From IMG/VR virus record IMGVR_UViG_3300046820_001062, positions 1-64,000 of that record: a DNA stretch of 64,000 bases. One strand, written 5' to 3'. A program made the translations under genes and the position numbers. How positions within the stretch are numbered: the stretch's first letter is position 1; each line of letters begins with the position of its first letter. Shown here piece after piece: positions 17,301 through 27,700 of the stretch. The notes under the pieces were generated by a model. That model did not search any database. It saw only the letters and a program-made list of their open reading frames with translations, and was not told the DNA's origin. The stretch comes from a virus.

Positions 17301-19058
17301 TGGTGAACCTGATTGATAAAAACCATTAATTGCTTGGTCTGAGAACAAGTGATAAATAGCACCACCACCTCTAAGCATGAATACATAACTCATTGAGTGG
17401 CTGTATATGAACATATCAGCACACACATTAGTATATGATTCATTGAATACTCTGATACGGTCAGCATATTCTGCTCCACCCCAGCCACCAAAGTTACCCT
17501 CCCAATCTAATAGAAGTCCGCCATGGTGTACACCAGTACCAATTGGGTCCCATGGAGCTTGTTCTCCATAGCCACGCTTGATAATAATTCTTCTCCAAAC
17601 ATCTTGATCACCACCCCAGAACTGTACTGCATAGAATTTATCAGGATCACCATTGACAACAATGTCACAAGAATATGGCAAAGTTGTTACACCAAGCATA
17701 TTAGATAATCCATTAACCATTGACGTAGTTAATTGAGAACCACCAAAGTAAACACTGCTAAATGTAGGTGAACTATCTGTTCTCACATTCTGGTTCAAGT
17801 ATGTAGAAAGCCATTGACCTCTTGTACCTAAATAAATATCAGAGTTTACAAGTAAGTTGCCATTAGTTCTAATGCCTGAGTTACCTGTATTTCCATAAAA
17901 ATAGTAGGAAGTTTGTGAACCTGATACCCCATTGTTAAACCCAGGGTAAATAGCACTTGTGGTAATTAAATCACCACCTACAGTAACGCCCGTGTTAAAG
18001 TTTGCATAAGTACCATCATTATAGAAACCTTTTCTTGATGTATAATTGTTTGCACTATTTAATGAATAGAAACCTCCATTTTCACCTGCATAGTATGAAC
18101 CATCAATAAGTGTAGACACTTGCGCGTTGTTTGACATAAGCACCCACTCACCACCAACAACACTGTATCCAGCTTGTCTAGTAAATCCATAAGATCCAAA
18201 GTCTGCCATCCAAGAACCACCTAATGGTAAATAAGTACCACTGTGGTTGTGAGAAGCTAATGCAAAATCACCAGCAGCATACGTTGCAGCTGAACCTAAT
18301 CCTAAGTTTGTTCTACCATACCCTTGCTGGGTAGAGTTAAGTCCTTGAGAACCAGTATCAATTCTTAATCTATTTCCTAAAGCAGTAGTAACTGTTGTAG
18401 AAAATGCTGCGTCATTACCTAATGCTGCAGCTAATTCATTTAATGTATCTAAAGTAGATGGAGCACTAGCAACAAGATTTGCAATCTGTGTTGTAACATA
18501 TGAGGTTGTAGCATAACCTGCTGAAGCATGGTTACCCCATCCATATGCAGTGTCCCAGTTCTGATCTTTTCTTGTATCGCCAATATAAAAAGCACCAGCT
18601 GATAGATCACCATCAACACTGCCACCGTTATATTTTCTAACTCTTAAACCTCTCCATGTACCTGAAGCAGCATTTGAATCTTGTTGACCAATATATGCCC
18701 AAGTTGTATTATTTTGAGAACCTGTAGGTAAGTTGAGTCTAAATGAATAAGACCAGTCATGAGATCTACCCCAAACAAATTGGCCATCTCCTCTTAAGTA
18801 CCAAGTAGTATTACCACCATAATCTGAAATCACACGGTAAGAACCTCTTGTATAGTCATCTAAATAAGAAGCAGTTATCCATGAACCATAGTTTCCAAGG
18901 TCATTTGTAAATTGTGACAACAATGTTGGTTTGCCTGTTACATTTGACCATGCAACAGAACCAGCACTAGACGCGTAATTTACTGACTGAGAAGCAATGT
19001 TTCCAGCATGTATGGCAGCATATCCACCTATTGTTGTACCAAGTAATAAAGTAGCCAT
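14331..19058 (-). CDS. Long tail fibre with C-terminal intramolecular chaperone (peptidase S74)
   Basis: APSTLDTLNELAAALGNDAAF fibre repeat; repeated YANSAGSA linkers; C-terminal YSDARKKSEI...TGVIAQEINEVLPEVV...EAIKEQQKEIEELK. Confidence 0.9.
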   Translation of the reverse strand: MATLLLGTTIGGYAAIHAGNIASQSVNYASSAGSVAWSNVTGKPTLLSQFTNDLGNYGSWITASYLDDYTRGSYRVISDYGGNTTWYLRGDGQFVWGRSHDWSYSFRLNLPTGSQNNTTWAYIGQQDSNAASGTWRGLRVRKYNGGSVDGDLSAGAFYIGDTRKDQNWDTAYGWGNHASAGYATTSYVTTQIANLVASAPSTLDTLNELAAALGNDAAFSTTVTTALGNRLRIDTGSQGLNSTQQGYGRTNLGLGSAATYAAGDFALASHNHSGTYLPLGGSWMADFGSYGFTRQAGYSVVGGEWVLMSNNAQVSTLIDGSYYAGENGGFYSLNSANNYTSRKGFYNDGTYANFNTGVTVGGDLITTSAIYPGFNNGVSGSQTSYYFYGNTGNSGIRTNGNLLVNSDIYLGTRGQWLSTYLNQNVRTDSSPTFSSVYFGGSQLTTSMVNGLSNMLGVTTLPYSCDIVVNGDPDKFYAVQFWGGDQDVWRRIIIKRGYGEQAPWDPIGTGVHHGGLLLDWEGNFGGWGGAEYADRIRVFNESYTNVCADMFIYSHSMSYVFMLRGGGAIYHLFSDQAINGFYQSGSPDILYSSATLSYDDAWSGTNQYDVYAPVPLGLGQVNSSRIDGLRTKKQSLLDGRYLRQGVDISGIGTITTTNSYATNFFASNAFYLNGASYFLNSTNGGIYTNARFESATLLVAPGGNSSHWNTAYGWGNHASAGYVPGSRTITINGTSYDLTANRSWTISSTDNTKLPLAGGTMSGRLTLSSISGVSQTVPNDYGAYLHLGSWGVGRTDPSAVLVNTAYRADYADSLFDMNISRFTNNSGYITSSGSISGSAGSVSGLTLNSSANGINPDNVTQNQIGYNTSVSLFGQTDGGLYSSAYNSSWIHQIYGDFRTGQIAVRGKNSGTWQAWRTVIDSGNIGSQSVNYANSAGSASSATTATYATSATRLYASDSPYRYGDGAPYYLYMNYDGGSYWELKVSPATPGTVRVAYANSAGSASTSSQVTINYNNDSNSTYQLLWGSGNSVYGTSQVYINPNSDVIYARGGFISPGNPWGTSDSAFFPNGITTAGGTNWIYGRTYIGNAPGNGNGHQFETNGSMYSTGHHYLDSNYGQTIVGRYSSTVYQGVWAMGDSYKLPMDGSSTGSLYGLAWSHPNAGGVASNLNTHGLLVMENGTFLAAISGSIRARDDVRAPAIYDSGSRVAISRGEGRNYVDYSRYVYNNGAYSGSGWVEPSDLGVRYANSAGSASSASSASNADRLYPVGAAIDNTHPGYGLRAWYDWAYSGTYRNGLTLGSNPGDQSYGWQIWQNMWNDRTYTRRYNGGWQSTRTLLTVEDDPYAYNMNQYVRTSDNVSFNRIDVGAVYANNWFRAQGDTGLYQQDYGGHFRRNTNSSHGTWEIFGYAKGGYNGLLIKDDAGYFNNYMHEGGNGGLYCENQGGRWPWYWHRGNTCLGLGNSTTSSSYRVYVNGSLYAEGDIVAYSDARKKSEIVTIDSALEKVKQLRGVYYVRTDETEKGRQTGVIAQEINEVLPEVVTYAADVDEYGVKYGNIVGVLIEAIKEQQKEIEELKAKLN
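16896..18557 (-). repeat. Duplicated fibre module W(N/D)TAYGWGNHASAGY
   Basis: Copies at 16896-16940 and 18513-18557, with synonymous divergence. Confidence 0.85.
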
Positions 19059-19059
19059 A

Positions 19060-22000
19060 TTATTTAGTTTCTAATTTATTGATTTTATCTGATAATTCTT
19101 TTATTGTCTGTAACAAGACTACTGAAAGTCTTGTATAGTTAAGTGAGTCTGGTTGACCTGCTTCATTATAATTTACAAATTCAGGGAACAACTCACTAAC
19201 TTCTTCAGCAATAAGTCCTATTTCTTGTTCTGCATTGCCAATTTTATTATAGCGTACAGGTCTTAATTTATTAACTTTCTCAGTAACTGTTTCAAGATTT
19301 ATTACGTTCTCTTTATATCTTAAAGAAGATGTTTCATTAATATGACCTTGAACTGTAATATCATTTTGAAAAGTTACATTCAAAGCTTCAAAAACAACAT
19401 CTGTTGATACTACATGTACAGGATCTGGAGAAGTTACATTCCAATAATTAACTAATGCTGCAGATGTAATGTATCCTGGTCCATTAGATAATTGGTTTAA
19501 GTTTGTCAAGTTGTTTGCATGCCATATAGCATATCCATTCCAACTAATTTCTTTTGAAGTACCATTCAAATAGAATACAACAGCATTACCACTACTATCA
19601 AACATTCTAAGATTTAACTTAGAACCATTATTACTAGAACCTGGATTATAGTGAGGATAATGATTACCATTAGCATCATATGCGTCAAAGTAGTGATGTC
19701 CATTAAAATGGTTTGCTGTACTGCTAAGTGTAATGGCAGTGCTAGTTGAAGCACCACGAGCTGTTACAGTTGCAAGTGTATCAGTTTCTGTGTAAGAAGT
19801 TAAAAATCCTTGAGAACTAACCCAAGATTGTGTTGCTAAGTTGTTTCCTTTATATTGAATAATGTTTGTATTCACATAAAACAACTCTGTACTAGATGAT
19901 GTCACTTTTAATCCCTCATCTCCATTGTCAGAAAGAGCAATTAATAAGTTTGAGTAAGCTCTTGTTCCATTTCCACCATCGCCTGTTGACTCAAATGTAA
20001 TAGAAGCACCGTCAGTATTTGCAGCCCAAGTTATACCAGCACCACTTGATCCAAAAGATAAGTTGCCAGTCATGCTATCACCAGAATTATTTACCCATAT
20101 ATCAGAGACTGATGTTAAGTAACCTTGTGATTGAACCCATGCTTGAGTTGCATATCCTGATAATGAAGCGGAAGTAATATAACCACTAGGGTTTGTTGAG
20201 TTATAAGGAGTATATCCTAAAGCTGTAGTTACGTTTGCAGATGTGATACCTGTAATATAACCAGGACCATTTGTTAACTGATTTAAGTTTGTTAAGTTAG
20301 CAGCAGTCCAAATTCTATTTCCACCCCAAGTCAAATCACCTGATCCAACTCTACCTAATGTAGTAGCCCAATCAGAACCAAAAGCAATATAACCAGCGTT
20401 ATTATTTTGTTGACCAACAACACCTAAAGTATTAGCATTATTTACATCACCAATCCAAACATCATCACCAACCTTTAGATTAGCACCACTACCATTGTTT
20501 GTCAAAAACACTTTGTCAAAAGATGGAGTTGCTGATGTTGCTACTGATTGACCAATAGAAACTGTAACAGCTCCTGTAGTTGAGTTTACAGAAACTCCTG
20601 TACCGGCATTAACTGAAGTTACAGCACCAGCAGGTGAAGCAACTGTAATAACGTTACCAGAAGAATCAAAAGCTAAATATCCAACAGCAGTACCGCTAAA
20701 TGAATTTACAGCTGTATAAGCATTAAGTACTAATTGTCTATTAGATAAGTTGAGAGACATTGCAACACCAGTTGTTGCAGTATCACTTCCATAAAGGAAT
20801 CTAAGTACGTCATGCCAAACATCAATATGTGCTGCATAACTATATGAAGTAGCTTTGTTTAATACTAACTGACCACCTTCATCAGTACCATGAGCACCCA
20901 AAGATAAACTAGCTTCTGCTGCAATAGGTGCACCATTTAAACGTAAGTTTGTCGCAGTAGCACCACCATTGAAAGCTACACCATTTGGTGTTGATGCTCC
21001 TCTTGCAGTAACTGTAGCAAGAGTATCTGTTTCTGTGTAAGAAGTTAAGTATGTAGCTGTGTCTACAGATCCATCTGCCTTTAAGAATTGAGAGGATGTA
21101 CCTCCAACTTTAACAAATGAATTACCTGTAATATTATAAGCACGCAAATCTGCATAAGCAAATGAAGCATGCGCTGTATCAATGTAAGGGGAAGCATCTG
21201 GCTCAGGAGTATATCCTTTAAAGAACTTCCAGACATTGTCAGAAGCATCTCTAAATAAACCAGCATGTCCATAAGTGCCATCGTTGTATCCACCTGCAAA
21301 ACCAAGATCTGGATTAGCTGCTGTTTTAGCTCTAGCAGTTCCACCAGAAACAAAACTACCTGTCACACTACTTGCAACTGTAAATGAGTTGCTAGATACT
21401 GCAGTAATAGTTTGGTTAGTTAAATTGTATACACTTGGACTTACACCAGTAATAGTTACAACCATTCCAGTAGAATAGTTGTGAACTTCTTGGGTTGTAT
21501 AAACTACTGATGAACCATTACCAACAGCATTTGTAATTGTTGTTTGAATACCATTATTCAGATAAATCATATTATCTGATACACTCAAGTTTTGAGCGTT
21601 TACAGTAGTGGTAGTACCTCCAATTGTAAGGTTACCAGCTATATTAAGGTCTCCACCAACATATAAGTTTTTAGCAACTCCTAAACCTCCACCAATAACA
21701 ACTGCACCAGTAGATATAGAAGTTGATTGAGTAGTGCTAGAAAATGTTTTAATACCAGCAATAGTTTCGTTGCCAGTTGTATGAACTACACTTGCATCAT
21801 TTGCTGCAGTGTATCCTAAAAGTGTTGCAATTGATTTTGGTTTGTATAAACTTGTGGATGACTCATATGATATTACATAATTATTTTGTACACCATTTTC
21901 TACATAGTTGTGAAGTTCTCCAAATTCAAATCCATTCTGTACTTTTACAAAGATCTCACCATTGTTGGCATTAGCCCTTGTAACAATACCTATAAATACC

Positions 22001-22728
22001 AAGTGTCTTGGAGCAACTGGTTTATTTGATAAACCAAAAATAAGATCTCCATTAACACCTAACCATACAGGATCTCCTGCATTTGCAGTAGCAGTGTTTA
22101 ATCCAGCCAAAAGACCTTCAGTAACAACATTAGCAAATCCATTTATAGAAACTGTTGCATCTAAAAGACCCATGGTCTTAGAAGATGTAGCTTCAGAATC
22201 ATTGGAAGCTAAACCAACAATCATGTTTGTTCCGTCAGAAGACGTAACATAAACAGCTTGTCCAATGTTTATTGCCACTCCAGCCTTGACAGCATGTCTA
22301 ACAAAATCTGTAGATAATGCTGAAGGAAAAGTTTGCAGTGCGCCAGTACCATCTATGTACTGAGAAGTTGTTCCAGTAGGATTATTGTATTTTGCGTTTA
22401 AAGCTGCCTGTAAATCTGTTTGACTAGAAAGAGTTCCTGTAATTGTACCCCATGTCACTGGTGTTGAAATAACACTAATAGTACCATCAACAGCAATACT
22501 TAAACCTGATCCAATTTTAACACCTCCAATAACACTTGCAGAAGCAATGCTTAATGCAATTGTTACATCACCAGTACCTGGGTTAATTCCAGTTGAAGAA
22601 GACAATGTCAATCCTGTTCCAGCAATAACCTTTGTGATCAATGCTGAACCTGACGTAGTAGTGTTTATATCACTTCTTATAATGTTCAGAGGTCTTATCT
22701 GAGACTTCCTAACTAGAGTTATTGACAT
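19060..22728 (-). CDS. Second tail fibre with C-terminal intramolecular chaperone (peptidase S74)
   Basis: VHTTGNETIAGIKTF and DNMIYLN fibre motifs; C-terminal TSSLRYKENV...IGLIAEEVSELFPEFV...LNYTRL. Confidence 0.88.
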   Translation of the reverse strand: MSITLVRKSQIRPLNIIRSDINTTTSGSALITKVIAGTGLTLSSSTGINPGTGDVTIALSIASASVIGGVKIGSGLSIAVDGTISVISTPVTWGTITGTLSSQTDLQAALNAKYNNPTGTTSQYIDGTGALQTFPSALSTDFVRHAVKAGVAINIGQAVYVTSSDGTNMIVGLASNDSEATSSKTMGLLDATVSINGFANVVTEGLLAGLNTATANAGDPVWLGVNGDLIFGLSNKPVAPRHLVFIGIVTRANANNGEIFVKVQNGFEFGELHNYVENGVQNNYVISYESSTSLYKPKSIATLLGYTAANDASVVHTTGNETIAGIKTFSSTTQSTSISTGAVVIGGGLGVAKNLYVGGDLNIAGNLTIGGTTTTVNAQNLSVSDNMIYLNNGIQTTITNAVGNGSSVVYTTQEVHNYSTGMVVTITGVSPSVYNLTNQTITAVSSNSFTVASSVTGSFVSGGTARAKTAANPDLGFAGGYNDGTYGHAGLFRDASDNVWKFFKGYTPEPDASPYIDTAHASFAYADLRAYNITGNSFVKVGGTSSQFLKADGSVDTATYLTSYTETDTLATVTARGASTPNGVAFNGGATATNLRLNGAPIAAEASLSLGAHGTDEGGQLVLNKATSYSYAAHIDVWHDVLRFLYGSDTATTGVAMSLNLSNRQLVLNAYTAVNSFSGTAVGYLAFDSSGNVITVASPAGAVTSVNAGTGVSVNSTTGAVTVSIGQSVATSATPSFDKVFLTNNGSGANLKVGDDVWIGDVNNANTLGVVGQQNNNAGYIAFGSDWATTLGRVGSGDLTWGGNRIWTAANLTNLNQLTNGPGYITGITSANVTTALGYTPYNSTNPSGYITSASLSGYATQAWVQSQGYLTSVSDIWVNNSGDSMTGNLSFGSSGAGITWAANTDGASITFESTGDGGNGTRAYSNLLIALSDNGDEGLKVTSSSTELFYVNTNIIQYKGNNLATQSWVSSQGFLTSYTETDTLATVTARGASTSTAITLSSTANHFNGHHYFDAYDANGNHYPHYNPGSSNNGSKLNLRMFDSSGNAVVFYLNGTSKEISWNGYAIWHANNLTNLNQLSNGPGYITSAALVNYWNVTSPDPVHVVSTDVVFEALNVTFQNDITVQGHINETSSLRYKENVINLETVTEKVNKLRPVRYNKIGNAEQEIGLIAEEVSELFPEFVNYNEAGQPDSLNYTRLSVVLLQTIKELSDKINKLETK
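19741..21050 (-). repeat. Duplicated fibre module LTSYTETDTLATVTARGAST
   Basis: Copies near 19741-19802 and 20991-21050 share the 20-mer gtttctgtgtaagaagttaa. Confidence 0.85.
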
Positions 22729-22747
22729 ATCTTAAGTAATTATTATT

Positions 22748-23317
22748 TTATGGTATGGTTATCTTATAGTCAACAGTCAATAGATCATCTACAGAAGGAG
22801 GAGTATGAAACTGAATCATATCAGGTTGAACTTCGTCATAATCATATCCTGCCCCAAGAGTTTGTCTAATACCGTTGATATAAACCCTAGTGCTATCTGG
22901 TACAAATATATTTCTAAGTTGAAAAGCTGAGTTAATCCCATTTCTCACACCTATAATATCATAATCATAATCAGTTATATCTACAACAGAAGACGCATCA
23001 GAATAAACATTCCCATTTGCATCTACTTTAAGAACACCAGCATTTAAAGAGGTGAATGCCACAGAACCATTAACTGCTAATCCACCAAGTGTTAAGCTTA
23101 AGCTAGTGATATTATCATTAGCAAGAACTTGATCAATTCCAATACTAGAAGACGCAGCACCAAGATCAGATAACATTTGAAGTGCTGTTCTGAATTTTAC
23201 ACCTTTGGTGGAAGGATCATAAACTAAAAATTTGTCAGCCACAATCCCCAACTGTGGGAGATTGTGAACTGACAGCATTCCTCTTATTAATAAATCTGTT
23301 TCTACTCTACGACTCAT
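22748..23317 (-). CDS. Probable virion structural protein (189 aa), fibre module
   Basis: C-terminal beta-sandwich-like GVRNGINSAF...VYINGIRQ...YDY; context. Confidence 0.7.
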   Translation of the reverse strand: MSRRVETDLLIRGMLSVHNLPQLGIVADKFLVYDPSTKGVKFRTALQMLSDLGAASSSIGIDQVLANDNITSLSLTLGGLAVNGSVAFTSLNAGVLKVDANGNVYSDASSVVDITDYDYDIIGVRNGINSAFQLRNIFVPDSTRVYINGIRQTLGAGYDYDEVQPDMIQFHTPPSVDDLLTVDYKITIP

Positions 23318-23363
23318 GTATGTGTTGTTTTATGTCATAAGACACTTTTAAATTATTATCCTA

Positions 23364-24545
23364 TTAGATAATAACCACTTTAAATTCATCTGGTTGTGGT
23401 GGTAATGCAAAGCTTAATTGAATTTCATTAGCTGTTAATACAACTACATCACATTCTACCAATTGACCAGGCATTACTCTTTCATAAACTTGTACTAAAA
23501 TATCTTCAGAACCTTTGCCATGGTAAACTACAAACTGAGTATTAGAACCATCACCAATATTATCAACAAACTTAAGTTCTTTTGAAGCAATAGAAGTAAC
23601 GTGACCAAATGTGTCAACACCAATGCTTTGAATTACAGTTGTACCACTATTAGACGCAGTAGTTGCAGTTGACGTATCTGTATGAGCTACAGTAACTTGG
23701 TTACCAACAGTTGTTACAGTAATACCAGCACCAGCAATTACGTTAGGCGAATCATTTGAGGTTGTAATAGTGTAGAAAGTTGTACCATCAGAGGTCAATT
23801 CCCACTTATCAGTTGTTTCATTCCAACGGATAGAAACATTTGATAATGTACCACGTTCAACTTCAATGCCAGCATTTTCTGTAGGAGTAGCTCCTGTGTA
23901 GTTACTGTTTAATGTGATAATATTATCAGCAATAAGAACAGTTTCTGTATTTACAGTTGTGGTAGTTCCGTTTACTACAAAGTTAGCATTGATAATGATG
24001 TCACTACCATTGAACTGAATAGGTGAATTTTTTAGGTTACCAGCAGCACCATCCCAGATAGGTACAGTATTGTCACTCAAGTTAGCTGCATTTTTCAATG
24101 CTACACTTGGAGTTGAACCTTCACCACCTGAAGAAGACACTGTAATACCAGTACCAGATGCAACACCTGCTACATAATCACCTGTGGTGTCAGTACCTAA
24201 AGCAACACTATTTGCTGCAATTGTAACTGCTACAGTTAAAGCTCCAGAAACATAAGAAGCAGAACCAACAACATCACCTGTAAGGTTAATGCTGTTTAAG
24301 CTTTTTTGTAGTTTGTTGAAAGCTGTAATTACTGTATCACTTGCTGAAATAGCTGAAGCTGTTGCTGCAATTGAATAAGTTGTCAGAGTTCTATCAAGAA
24401 CAAAGTCTTTAACAGATCCGTCTGTTTCTTTTTTGGTTAACCAACCATTTGAGATGTAAGCCTTTACAAAGCCTGCACCTGGGTTGGAAATGCTAGCAGC
24501 ACTCAATTCAGGAAGCTGTAAAGGCACTAAGAATTTTGATGCCAT
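23364..24545 (-). CDS. Fibre-like structural protein (393 aa)
   Basis: DNIITLN...AGIEVERG...WNETTDKW motif related to the 1222-aa fibre; GTGITV repeats. Confidence 0.75.
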   Translation of the reverse strand: MASKFLVPLQLPELSAASISNPGAGFVKAYISNGWLTKKETDGSVKDFVLDRTLTTYSIAATASAISASDTVITAFNKLQKSLNSINLTGDVVGSASYVSGALTVAVTIAANSVALGTDTTGDYVAGVASGTGITVSSSGGEGSTPSVALKNAANLSDNTVPIWDGAAGNLKNSPIQFNGSDIIINANFVVNGTTTTVNTETVLIADNIITLNSNYTGATPTENAGIEVERGTLSNVSIRWNETTDKWELTSDGTTFYTITTSNDSPNVIAGAGITVTTVGNQVTVAHTDTSTATTASNSGTTVIQSIGVDTFGHVTSIASKELKFVDNIGDGSNTQFVVYHGKGSEDILVQVYERVMPGQLVECDVVVLTANEIQLSFALPPQPDEFKVVII

Positions 24546-24612
24546 AATATCTTTATTTAATGTTTAATGTTACAAATTTGCAGGAAAACAGGCATTCCAA
24601 AAGAAATGGTGT

Positions 24613-24632
24613 CCTCTATTATAATATAAGAA
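24613..24632 (-). promoter_or_regulatory. Candidate phage promoter motif copy C
   Basis: Minus strand TTCTTATATTATAATAGAGG upstream of the fibre operon. Confidence 0.45.
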
Positions 24633-24669
24633 ATAATCCAGAAATATCTATAAAATACTTCCAGAATTT

Positions 24670-24708
24670 AAGAATAACTGGTCACACTTGGCAACCAGTT
24701 ATATTCTT
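24670..24708. terminator. Long imperfect hairpin at the end of the cargo operon
   Basis: Minus-strand RNA AAGAAUA-UA-ACUGGUUGC-CAAGU-GUGACCAGU-UAUUCUU; U-tract weak on the coding strand. Confidence 0.5.
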
Positions 24709-27700
24709 ATTGTTTTGCTTTCATCTGATCTATCCTGTAGTTAGGATTAACTAGATCTCTAAAATTCTTAATACCTGTCAAATCCATCAGGTCTTTGCCA
24801 ATTTTAGCATCACCTTTTTGATATGCACCATATTTACGTCCATAGAATGCTTCTTTCCAAATGTCTTGATAAAACTGACTGTCATTATCAGGATCAGGTT
24901 CTTCTCCACCATTCATTGTCATAGCCATTCCATAGCTAATTGCATGAGAACCAAACTTTTTAAGGGCATTTAATTCTCTTGTATAGGAAGATACTGTGGT
25001 AAAGTTTCTAATGTATTCCTCAGAACCTCCACCAACTGGGAACATTGATACTGTTTCCCCTTTAACACCCCACAATACTCTAATAGCATTACCTTCAAGG
25101 AAACTTAATTCCTCATCATCATCATCTTTCTTTCTAACATAGTTTCTAGCCATCATTGATAGAATAGTTAGTATTAACATAGCAATAGCATCTCTTCTTG
25201 CTTGGTTTACCTTTCTTGTCAGAAAACTACCCATCTGATTCTTGTTGCTTTTTGACATTCTCTTGCTTCCTAGCAACAAATGTTTACCAACTTCTTGAGG
25301 GCCATATGCTTTCCAAGCTGTTGCCACTGCACTCCAGTAACCCATAGCTGCTTCAGAACCTTCCCAGTTTGGACGTAAGTATCCAAATCTGTTAAGTAAC
25401 TGAGGCACAAGATACTTTCTGAAGAAGAACACCATTTTACCAACCATGTTTTCTTCAAACTTAGTTTGGTCAGCTTTTGCATAGTTACCTTGAGCACGTC
25501 TCATTTCAGAGTAAATAATGTTTCTTACTCTGTTCTCATCATCTTGTGTGTACTCAACATCATTTCTTCTAATCATGCGTCCTTCTGAATCTTTCATGTA
25601 GATTTCATGAACAGGTACAGTTACGTCCTCACCATTAGCATCCTTCTTATAAACAGGTTTACCTTGACTATCATAACTATCGATAACTTTAAATCTGTGG
25701 TGATTCATTACAGCATACATTACAGTAACTGCAATTTCAGTATCACCTTTGTCTTGTAGCATATAGCCTAACTCTTGGACATTCAATGCTTTACCTTTAA
25801 GTCTGCGTCCTTTTGTTCCAGTAATTTCAGATACATACTTTAAGAAATCCTTTTGTGCAGGGTTAAAGAAACGATACAACATTGTAGAATCACTAACATC
25901 ACTTACCTTGCCCCAATCAGCAAAGTAGTTGTGCAAGAATCCATTGTATCCATATACTTTAGATTTAGCCCACATATAGTCAGCCTGTGTATACTTATCA
26001 CTTGCCAATCCACCTGCTGCAATAAATGCTTGTACGTTTCCTGAAATATAGTTCTTTGCCTGGTTGGCAACGTCAAAACCAATTCTAATAAAACTTGTGT
26101 ATGCAAATACTGCGTTCATTCTTTTGGTTAGCTTTCTATTCAAGTCGCTACCACTTTCTGTTTGACCATATAAAAACTTTCTACGTTCAAACTGAAGAAT
26201 GCTAATTACGTTTTTAAGTTCTGACAAACGTTTTGACATATCTATTTTTACGTCTTTGCCTGTTGCTTCATCCTTGATAAACATTGGTTTATCTTGCTGA
26301 ATGTTTTTCTGCAACTGCTCCGCCATAAATTCTAAATGTTCAATGTACATATCTGCTTGAGGAGCAACGTTTTGCATTGCAATATTATAATGAGCCTCTG
26401 TTGAATATTTTATAATTGAACCAATTGCATCTCTTGACTGTAAGTTTTCAGGTAATTGATCTGTAAATCTGTGTCTAATTTTAGAACCTAGATCACCAAA
26501 TACATTCTCAACAGCATCTTGTGAACCATATACCTTAACACTTTTGTCAATAAATTTCTGCCACTCAGCTTCAATAGAGTTTACCATTCCCTTACTAGAA
26601 ATATTTTCCACTGTTGAAGCAGCAAAACCTGGAACCTGATATCCAATCTTACGTCCTTCTGTCTTCATTTGTAAGTCAAAGAACATTTTCATGGTATCAT
26701 TATAGAAGCTGAATAACTCTTGATCTTTCATTAACTCCTTATATTTAGGATTAATATTAGGTGAGTTCTCATATCCAGGTGTTACAATGTAATGACCATC
26801 TTTGTTTTTACTAATAGCCTTTGGCATTGGTACACCATCTGGTGACTTCAAGAAATTAGGATTTTTTGAAGACTCTTTTAAACGTTTGATTTTGTATTTA
26901 GGATGAGGTACAGTTTCCATATACTTATCCTTTACAGTAGCAGCTGGTAACTTCTCAAAGTTATAGTTCTTTGGTACTCTATTATTTCTAATATCATACC
27001 CACTAAGAATGCTTTGATATTTATTATCATGGTGCATGTTATACCATTTTTCAAATTCTGCCTCTTGTAATCCAAATTGAGTTTCCTCAAAGATTAATTC
27101 TTCTTCCGCATCCTCAATAGCTTTTTTGTCACCAGATGTTCTAGCAACAGCAAGTTTATTTTCAGCTTCAATGATAGATCTTTGATGTGCATATAATGAT
27201 TTTACTTTTGATTCAAAAGCATCATTGTATGATTCACTCAATTGTAGTGATGATATTCTTTTGATTGCATCAGTTATTTCTCTTGATGCCTTCTTTTCTT
27301 CAGCAGTAAGTTTACCACCAGATTTAGAATTTTGCTCAATAATACTTTCAATTTCTGCATCTATTTCACTTAGTGTATCAATTTCAGATTGACTTAAATA
27401 TTGTGGTTTAATTCTTCCACCAATCTTATATGGTGAAAGTATGTCTCTACGCTTCTGCATCAAATCTGCAATCTCAGGATCAGATCCAAATATTGCAGCT
27501 CTTGCTTCATACAGAGCACTTAGTTCTTCATACCACTCAGAAGTAGGTTTAGTGACAGTGTTATCCTTTTTCCATTTTTCCCAAAGTTCAGGATGCTCTG
27601 ACTCATATCTAGACTTAGCATTAAACTGCATTCTTTCAAAGAAAGCTTGGTTAGTATCAAATTCAAATAGTGAGTTAAACTCATCTATCATATCTGCATA

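Noticed and set aside
14331-22728. Diversity-generating retroelement or invertible fibre cassette
   Set aside because: No reverse transcriptase or invertase in the window; repeats differ at synonymous sites, not specifically at adenines, and are direct rather than inverted
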